A stretch of 41,268 bases of DNA, from positions 1 through 41,268 of the forward strand of contig JAUXDC010000002.1 of assembly GCA_030618605.1 (NCBI GenBank). The letters are read 5' to 3'. Below the pieces are notes generated by a model, which worked only from the letters and a program-made list of their open reading frames with translations, did no database searches and was not told where the DNA came from. Made by a program: the position numbers and the translations under genes. This document shows, in pieces, positions 34,919-41,268 of this stretch. Position 1 is the first letter of the stretch, and each line of letters opens with the position of its first letter. Source of the stretch: Holophagae bacterium (lineage in GTDB: Bacteria > Acidobacteriota > Thermoanaerobaculia > Thermoanaerobaculales > Sulfomarinibacteraceae).

Positions 34919-37900
34919 ATGACACCCTATAATCAATCCGTGACGATCAGACGAACCATCCTGTTGGTCCTCGGGATCATCGCGGCCCTCGTGGTTGCAG
35001 GCATTGCCATCCTGCACCTCTCGTCGTTCCAACGCGGCGTTGCGGAGCGAGTGACGACAGCAATCGAATCGAAGACGTGTCTCTCAGTTGATTTTCAGTC
35101 TTTTGACTATCGCCTGTGGCCCGCAACTCTTGAAGTCCGGGGCATCAGCATTTCGGATCCTCTAGGCCGGTCGCTGACAATTGAGGCCGTCGACGCTTCC
35201 TGGGCGTGGTCCCAGTTGATCGGCGGCACGCCTCGGATTCACCACTTGGCTCTCGAAGGACTCAATGCGGACGCCTTCGCCTTGCCGATGCCCTGTCCCA
35301 ACGATGACGACGGAGGCCCGGAGGCGGGCCCATGGAACGCCCTGGCCATTGACGATCTGACCATCAGCCGAGCCAGGGTCTCTGGGGAGAGTCCCGATTT
35401 GGCATTCTCCTGGACGGGCCTCGAGGCCCAGGCGATGTTGGTCGATCAAAAACTCGGTCTTCGATTGACTGCCGACAGTCTCCATCTTGATCGAAAAGAA
35501 AGGAATCTATTTGTCGGCCCCCTCGAACTCGAACTCCAGGGCTCGGCGAAGTCCATCGAGCTGAGAACCCTGAAAATTTCCAACGGACCCATTCAATGCG
35601 AAGCGACCGGGTCGGCCGCCGGCAACGGTCGGGAGGCGACGGCTCATGTTTCGGCAACGGTGGGCCTCTCAGAGGTCCTCCATTGGTGGGATCCCTCCCT
35701 TGCAGCCCTCGTCAATCCGGAGGGCCCCCTTGGTGTGGTCGCAGATATCGGCTGGAAAGCGGATTCCGGCCTTCGGGCCACAGCACGACTCGACGGCCGG
35801 CCCATCGGCCTGGCCGGTTACACATTCAGCCGGCTGGAGGCAACATATTTGAATGGCCGCCTGACCGCTGAGGCCGCCGATCCCTCATGGGGTCTGGTCA
35901 AGGTGGAATCGGCTGCCGATGGCTTTCTCGAAGTCAACGCCGTGTTGGATGGTGCGATACCCGCACCGGCCCTCAGGCTGGCGCATATCGAGTTACCGGA
36001 GGGCATTCCTGCAGACGGAGAGATTTCAGGAGATCTCCACGTCCGATTCCCTCTTCCGCTCCAGATCGACCGGATGACGGGCTTGGCCGACCTCGAGGCC
36101 CAATGGAAAGGCGGCAGTGCCCACCTCAAGGGAAGCGCGGACCACGGGATTGTGATCGACCGGGCAGACGTCGATATCTTCGGAGCCACCGCTGAGGCGT
36201 CAGGGACCGTCTCCTTCGACGGAAATATCAAACTGACGGGCACGGTCACGGTCCCGGAACCCGGAGAAACCATAGCCCACCTGTCGACTCTCCTCCCTGA
36301 AGTCGGGAACCCGGCCGTCGGTGGAGGTCCGTTGATTGCCGGCGTGACTCTATCGGGCACCGCGGCGGCACCGAGGATTGATGCCGAGATCCACTGGGAC
36401 TCACCCGAGATCCAGGGTCACCAGCTCGAAAACGCCTTCGCCACCTTTCAGGGCACTGCCGATGACATCGACTGGACCACGATGCTCGAAGCCGATAGTG
36501 TTCGGCTCAATGCCCAAGGCAGGGCCTCAATCCGATCCGCCACGGCGGCGGGAGATTGGCAGTTGCAGGCTCCGGACCTCGGCGCCCTCCAGCACACCAT
36601 CGTCATGGCCGATCAATCGGAGATTGCCGGATCGATCACCGGTAACGGCAACTTCAGCGTCGACACGACCGGCTGGCGGGCTTCTGCTCTCCTTGAGGGC
36701 CACGAGATCCAGGCCCAAGGCGTCACCATCCCCCATCTGATGCTTGAAGCCGAGGCAGACCCCAACTGCGTCTCAATCGACACCCTTGCGGCCGAGGTCC
36801 TCGGGGGACACATCGAGGGCTCAGGAACCGTGTGTCCCGCCGGTCTCGACGGCGAGGTCAAGGCGACAATGCAATGGTCCAGCCTGGACCCCTCTCAGAT
36901 TCTCGACACCCTTCCCGAGGCCGCACGGGGACTGATCAGCGGCCGGTTCGACATCAAAGGCCCACTCTCAGACCCGGCCGGGTCAGCCCTGCTCTCATGG
37001 GAAACGACAACCGATGAAGCTCCGCTGGAAAGAGCCGGTGTTCAGGCTCACCTCGAGCACGGCTTGATTACGGTAGTCTCCGACCGGCTCGAGAGCATTT
37101 CCGGGCCCTTGACCCTGCGAGCCGATCTGCCGATGGGCAATGTCCCCAGACCTGGGGGACTCTTTCCGACTGCCCCATCCGGACCGTGGCGGGTCACTCT
37201 CAGCGGCCATGACCTCGCGCTGGCACCCCTCCTCGCCCATTTCGATCGAGAGGATCTCAAACCGGCCGGCAGCTGCGATCTGGACCTCCGGACCTCATGG
37301 TTCCCCGATCGGGGCGGCCTTCCCGAGATCCACCTGGAACTGACCAATTTCGAGATGGCGATTGCCGAGCGCCGAATGAGAGCTCAATCACCCATCCGGT
37401 TGGTTCTTGACGACCGCGGGATCGTCTCTGCCGATATCAATCTCGAGGGTGACCTCAGTCAGTTCGTCGGCAGCGGCTCGTACAATCTGAAAACTGAAGA
37501 AATCGACGCCTCGATCGAAGGATTGTTGGATCCGGACCTGGCTCTTCTCTCTCCCGTTCCCATGACGATTCACCGACCCATGACAATCGAGGGCCGGATC
37601 GAGGGCCCTGCAGGATCCTGGGTCGGAAACCTTCATCTGGACCACGAAGGCGGATCGATCGAGATGCGCGATCCCCCGCTGGAAATCACCGATGCCTCGC
37701 TCGAGGCACGCTGGAGCAACAGAGGTCTGGAAATCACCGAGGGTTCGGCAAACGTCAACCGGGGGTTTGTCACCTTGGGCGGTGCCTGGGATCCGAAAAG
37801 CGGCCAGGGCATCATTGCCGAACTGTTAGACGTGACTACCCTCCTTCCAGGAGGCATCGTCACGCGCTGGGACGGCGTCATCGCCCTGGAACCCGCGTCT

Positions 37901-40822
37901 GACCGCCTGATGGTGATTGTCGGCAATCTGGACCTGAAGTACGGGATATGGGACTACCCTTTTGACCTGGGAGCCGCCTTTCGAGGCGGGGGCGATGAGG
38001 CCGTCCCCGGCGCCGACGACATCACCCACCGTATCGGACTGGATGTGGAGGTTCGCGGCGGCGGCGGCGTCACGGTCGACAACAATCTGGGACAATTCGG
38101 GGTTCGCTGGAATACGCTGGAAATCGGCGGTACCGTCGCCAAACCCAGGATCATCGGAGACCTCAACCTTCTTCCCGGCGGCGTGCTGATGGCCGCCGGC
38201 CAACCGATCAAGATTCGAAGAGGTCTGGTTCAATTCACCGGCGACCCTCTGACCGACCCCGTACTTGAGGTAATACCGGAAGACCGGGGCGGCACGATGT
38301 CCGGGGACCTCGATGCCTCGGGGAGCGCATCACAACAGCAAGCGTCCAATCTGGCTGCCGCGGGTCTGGCTTCCGGCCTCGGAGCCGTCTTCGGCCTGGA
38401 GAACACCACGATCAGGCCCGAAGAAATCGCCATGGAGACCGATGAAGACACCAGCACCGACTTCTCGATCGGCCAACAACTGACACATAATACCGCCCTG
38501 TTCTTGACGACCGATTTACGGAACAGCCAGAAGCGTACGACGCTGCTCCAACTGTGGCGCCTCCCCTCTTTTCCCGGTTTGACCTTTCAGGCCCTGACCC
38601 GGACCGACCCGGGCGAAGCAGACGTCAAACTGCTGCAACGATTCAGCTGGGGAGGCACCCAGGCCACAGACGATCAACCCCAATTGCACAAGGTGTCCCT
38701 CGAGGGGGAGTGGCCGCGGTCAAAACGGAAACTCCGGAAGGCAACCGGCCTGGTTCGTGACCAACCCTGGGACCCGTTCTTTCTTTTCCTCGGAGACATC
38801 CGGCTGGAAAAGAAACTCACTGAAGAAGGGTGGCCGGAGGCACGGGTCGACAGCCGGGTCGAAGGCACTCCCGAACGCCCCATCGCGGTCTTTAGCTGCT
38901 CTGCCGGCCGACACGTTGAGTTCATCTTCGAGGGCGACTCGATTGGCAAGAGTCTCCGATCGAGTCTGCGGCCGCTCTACCGTTTCCCCCCATTTGAGCG
39001 AACTGCCCTGGCCGAAATGGAACGTCTGGCCACACGACACCTGTGGGCCGCAGGATACCCTGATGCCACAGTCAACATTATCTCGGATGGAGAGGGTCAG
39101 GTAACGGTCTCTGCAGAAAAAGGCCCGGAGACCACCCTGCACGGCCCCTTTCTCGAGGGAGTGCCTGATGCCGCCGCTCCCTCTCTGATGGCGCTGCTCA
39201 GCCAGTCGACCGAGTTGACCGAGATCTCCAAGGATCCCACTCGGGCCGAGCGGGTCGTTCGGCGAACCCTTGCGACCGCCGGATATCGGGACGTGCGCTC
39301 AGTCGAGAGCTGGACCGAACCCACAGTCGACGGCGCCGTCGAGGTCCACCTCCGGGTCGATCCCGGGCAGCAGGCCAGGGCCGTTCGCGTGGATCTTGTC
39401 GGCGGCGACCCCCTGGGACTGACCGATGCAGAGGACTTTGCCATCCGACCGGATATGATCCTGGACCGCGGAACAATCGGCACAGCGGTCGCCTCGCTCC
39501 GAAGATCCTACCGGGAACAAGGCTTCACCGGGGTTCGGGTCCGATCCCAGATTTATGAATACGACGACCAGCAGTGGGCCGTCCTCTTGACTCTCGACCC
39601 CGGGGAAACCTCCATCATCGACCGGGTTGAGATTTCCGGGAGGAGACATCTCAGCGAGAAGTCCCTTCTCAAGGACCTCCCAATTCAACCCGGCGAGTTG
39701 TTTCTGTTGGACGATTTGGACGACAGCATCGCCCGTCTGGCTACCTTCGAACCGGTCGAACGCGTGACGGCAACGACCCGGCCCGACGGCGATCGGGTGG
39801 TCGTCGACCTCGATATTATCGAGAAGGCACGCTGGACTGGGGAGGTCGGCGGCGGTTGGAACTCCGACCGTGGGGCCACCGCGCGTGTGGGCATCAACGA
39901 CAACAATCTTTTCGGACGGGGCTTCCGCCTGGGTCTTCGGGGCCGGATGGAGCAGGACTTCCTCCAGGGCCGCATCATGCTGGCGCTGCCCCCCCTGCCT
40001 GGTGGACGTTTTTCGGCCAGCCTCAACGCCAGCTATACCGAGGACGTGCTCCCGGCGGAATTCGAGAGCGACATCGTCATCAACGAGAACATCCGCGCCG
40101 CCGCCATAGAGGGGCACTACCAGCTCAAACCCGGCCTCTGGACCCGCGGCTACTACCGATTCACCCGAACACGAACCTTCGAGAAGGACTCAACCGATCC
40201 CTACCCCTTGGACATCACCATCGATCTTGCGGTGCTCGGCGGGCAGATTGTTGTCGATCGACTGGACAATCCCTTCGACCCGCGCCAAGGCTTCTACACC
40301 GCCCTCGACCTCAGCTGGGCCGGAGAAGCAATCGGTTCGGACAAGGAAAACATCCGGAGCCTCCTGACGGGTTCCCTCGCCATGGAACCTCGCAACGGTT
40401 GGACCTGGTTTCAGAGTCTCCGTCTGGGCGCCGCCAAACCGCTCAACGGCGTATTGGATAGCCAGTCCCGTTTCTTCGCCGGCGGCTCCGCATCGATCCG
40501 CGGCTTCAAGCTGGACAGCGTGGGTCCGACCGAAACCCTGGGCGGCATCACTATCTATGCTGGCGGCGAGGCGCTCTTCGTCCTCAACGAGGAACTGCGC
40601 TTCCCACTGTGGCAGAGTCTAAGGGGCGCAGTCTTCGTCGATACCGGACAGGTGTGGAAGACCTGGTCGGACGCCGATTTTGACCTCTCCGTCGGCGCCG
40701 GCATCGGTCTGCGATGGAGCACTCCGGTCGGGCCCTTGTGGGTCGACGCCGCGTGGCCCGTCGCCAACCCCGGGGAGAACTCCGGGGCGAGGTACAGCTT
40801 TGGGATTGGCCGGACGTTTTAG
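34919..40822 (+). CDS. tamB: Giant envelope protein: TamB/AsmA-like module (N-terminal anchor plus DUF490-type C-terminus) fused in frame to a POTRA repeats plus Omp85 (TamA/BamA-like) beta-barrel
   Basis: It is an uninterrupted 1,967-aa ORF. The N-terminal anchor is ILLVLGIIAALVVAGIAILHL. The TamB-type C-terminal region is ...GVTVDNNLGQFGVRWNTLEIGGTVAKPRIIGDLNLLPGGVLMAAGQPIKIRRGLVQFTGDPLTDPVLEV... through ...LLQLWRLPSFPGLTFQALTRTDPGEADVKLLQRFSW (aa 1244). The linker GGTQATDDQPQ follows. POTRA-like units come next (…IIDRVEISGRRHLSEKSLLKDLPIQPGELF…). The Omp85 barrel carries FFAGGSASIRGF, GAGIGLRWSTPVGPLWVDAAWPV and the terminal GIGRTF. Confidence 0.85.
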   Translation: MTPYNQSVTIRRTILLVLGIIAALVVAGIAILHLSSFQRGVAERVTTAIESKTCLSVDFQSFDYRLWPATLEVRGISISDPLGRSLTIEAVDASWAWSQLIGGTPRIHHLALEGLNADAFALPMPCPNDDDGGPEAGPWNALAIDDLTISRARVSGESPDLAFSWTGLEAQAMLVDQKLGLRLTADSLHLDRKERNLFVGPLELELQGSAKSIELRTLKISNGPIQCEATGSAAGNGREATAHVSATVGLSEVLHWWDPSLAALVNPEGPLGVVADIGWKADSGLRATARLDGRPIGLAGYTFSRLEATYLNGRLTAEAADPSWGLVKVESAADGFLEVNAVLDGAIPAPALRLAHIELPEGIPADGEISGDLHVRFPLPLQIDRMTGLADLEAQWKGGSAHLKGSADHGIVIDRADVDIFGATAEASGTVSFDGNIKLTGTVTVPEPGETIAHLSTLLPEVGNPAVGGGPLIAGVTLSGTAAAPRIDAEIHWDSPEIQGHQLENAFATFQGTADDIDWTTMLEADSVRLNAQGRASIRSATAAGDWQLQAPDLGALQHTIVMADQSEIAGSITGNGNFSVDTTGWRASALLEGHEIQAQGVTIPHLMLEAEADPNCVSIDTLAAEVLGGHIEGSGTVCPAGLDGEVKATMQWSSLDPSQILDTLPEAARGLISGRFDIKGPLSDPAGSALLSWETTTDEAPLERAGVQAHLEHGLITVVSDRLESISGPLTLRADLPMGNVPRPGGLFPTAPSGPWRVTLSGHDLALAPLLAHFDREDLKPAGSCDLDLRTSWFPDRGGLPEIHLELTNFEMAIAERRMRAQSPIRLVLDDRGIVSADINLEGDLSQFVGSGSYNLKTEEIDASIEGLLDPDLALLSPVPMTIHRPMTIEGRIEGPAGSWVGNLHLDHEGGSIEMRDPPLEITDASLEARWSNRGLEITEGSANVNRGFVTLGGAWDPKSGQGIIAELLDVTTLLPGGIVTRWDGVIALEPASDRLMVIVGNLDLKYGIWDYPFDLGAAFRGGGDEAVPGADDITHRIGLDVEVRGGGGVTVDNNLGQFGVRWNTLEIGGTVAKPRIIGDLNLLPGGVLMAAGQPIKIRRGLVQFTGDPLTDPVLEVIPEDRGGTMSGDLDASGSASQQQASNLAAAGLASGLGAVFGLENTTIRPEEIAMETDEDTSTDFSIGQQLTHNTALFLTTDLRNSQKRTTLLQLWRLPSFPGLTFQALTRTDPGEADVKLLQRFSWGGTQATDDQPQLHKVSLEGEWPRSKRKLRKATGLVRDQPWDPFFLFLGDIRLEKKLTEEGWPEARVDSRVEGTPERPIAVFSCSAGRHVEFIFEGDSIGKSLRSSLRPLYRFPPFERTALAEMERLATRHLWAAGYPDATVNIISDGEGQVTVSAEKGPETTLHGPFLEGVPDAAAPSLMALLSQSTELTEISKDPTRAERVVRRTLATAGYRDVRSVESWTEPTVDGAVEVHLRVDPGQQARAVRVDLVGGDPLGLTDAEDFAIRPDMILDRGTIGTAVASLRRSYREQGFTGVRVRSQIYEYDDQQWAVLLTLDPGETSIIDRVEISGRRHLSEKSLLKDLPIQPGELFLLDDLDDSIARLATFEPVERVTATTRPDGDRVVVDLDIIEKARWTGEVGGGWNSDRGATARVGINDNNLFGRGFRLGLRGRMEQDFLQGRIMLALPPLPGGRFSASLNASYTEDVLPAEFESDIVINENIRAAAIEGHYQLKPGLWTRGYYRFTRTRTFEKDSTDPYPLDITIDLAVLGGQIVVDRLDNPFDPRQGFYTALDLSWAGEAIGSDKENIRSLLTGSLAMEPRNGWTWFQSLRLGAAKPLNGVLDSQSRFFAGGSASIRGFKLDSVGPTETLGGITIYAGGEALFVLNEELRFPLWQSLRGAVFVDTGQVWKTWSDADFDLSVGAGIGLRWSTPVGPLWVDAAWPVANPGENSGARYSFGIGRTF

Positions 40823-40823
40823 G

Positions 40824-40844
40824 GCAAATTGTCGGACAATTTGC
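40824..40844. terminator. Perfect 21-nt palindrome GCAAATTGTC-g-GACAATTTGC starting 2 nt after the giant-ORF stop
   Basis: Read directly. It is AT-rich relative to its surroundings and could be a terminator hairpin or an operator-like site. Confidence 0.45.
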
Positions 40845-41125
40845 ATAGGGGTTGAAGGGTGATCTGACCTTCAAGAGTTCGACCCGGCAGGCGCGCTCAT
40901 TCCAGTGGCACGTTCGGGGTCAGTCGGGCAGCACCCGGGCAGCCAACGCTGGCGCCCGCACCCGAGAGCGCCCAAACCCTCCAATCGGGGCGTGCCTGGT
41001 GCGGCTTTCTTCACCGGGCAGCCCCCCCAATTGAGCCGTCGATGCGAAGAAGGCCGACACCTGGCAACCCTCGGCGAGCGCCTCGGTGATCGAGTCTCGG
41101 CTGGAGTCGTAGGCCGCCGAGGTCT

Positions 41126-41180
41126 TTTCCCGGAGGGGCGGCTCCCTTCCCGATTCCTGAAATATCGCCCCTCCGGGAAA
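41126..41180. repeat. 15-bp perfect inverted repeat TTTCCCGGAGGGGCG ... CGCCCCTCCGGGAAA with a 25-nt loop
   Basis: Read directly, in the unassigned region 40845-41268. Confidence 0.7.
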
Positions 41181-41268
41181 TGCACCGAGCGGGGGCGCGA
41201 AGCGGCCCCGAAGGCCGGGGATTGGGGACAGCGTCAGCGACAGGTTCAGGAGGCAGCGACGGCGTCAG

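Noticed and set aside
33888-34925. 345-aa minus-strand ORF covering the whole patatin gene
   Set aside because: It is exactly antisense to an ORF with clear patatin catalytic motifs. Its Ser/Arg/Pro/Ala-rich sequence has no motifs. Long antisense ORFs are expected at this GC content.
40880-41030. Possible second cobalamin riboswitch on the minus strand (GGTGAAGAAAGCC..., GTGCCACTGG, GCGCCTGCC)
   Set aside because: Only fragments of the consensus are present: there is no GGGAA...CCCGCCACTGTAA core, and GCCACTG and the B12-box-like CCTGCC are only 13 nt apart. No gene lies downstream on that strand (it is convergent with the giant ORF).
40871-41185. 104-aa minus-strand ORF at the window end
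   Set aside because: It has a GTG start without an SD, and it is extremely Arg/Pro-rich (…RPRRPTTPAETRSPRRSPRVARCRPSSHRR…). A neighbouring frame has the better codon bias, so it is treated as non-coding or decayed.

Overview
This is a 41.3-kb GC-rich chromosomal segment from a diderm (Gram-negative-type) bacterium. Lineage cannot be assigned by eye. I support about 32 protein genes, one RNA gene (RNase P RNA, minus strand, missed by the ORF track) and one cobalamin riboswitch. I found no rRNA, tRNA, CRISPR array, transposase, integrase or phage gene. Gene content in order: gcvT-gcvH-gcvPA-gcvPB. A minus-strand operon of a PQQ-dependent dehydrogenase, a membrane polyferredoxin-TPR protein and an unknown secreted protein. 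A NifS/IscS-type cysteine desulfurase. Two divergent TonB-dependent receptors, the BtuB-like one behind the riboswitch. A small secreted Cys/Ala-repeat protein. A translationally coupled minus-strand operon (cNMP/FHA protein, recG, YbaN-like protein, EcsC-like protein, alpha/beta hydrolase). rnpB, then an FHA/Fis-HTH regulator. An MFS transporter, an M29 aminopeptidase, an atypical ClpX-like ATPase, an RRM RNA-binding protein and a MobA/MocA-like nucleotidyltransferase. tonB-exbB-exbD, a 592-aa orphan, hpt, a YqeB/EF2563-like protein and a patatin-like phospholipase. The last gene is a 1,967-aa ORF that fuses a TamB-like module in frame to a POTRA/Omp85 barrel. The main hunting results are four. 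(1) The single-chain TamB-Omp85 fusion sits next to a patatin lipase. (2) An operon encodes two secreted proteins that end in the same DGFESGxTxxW-COOH tail and flank a polyferredoxin whose TPR domain is predicted to be periplasmic. (3) Degenerate heptamer tandem tracts lie at almost every intergenic junction. (4) The ClpX paralogue lacks the Zn-finger, the pore-1 Tyr and the IGF loop. Several long ORF-track entries are over-extended or spurious, because they overlap rnpB, the riboswitch or real genes in other frames.
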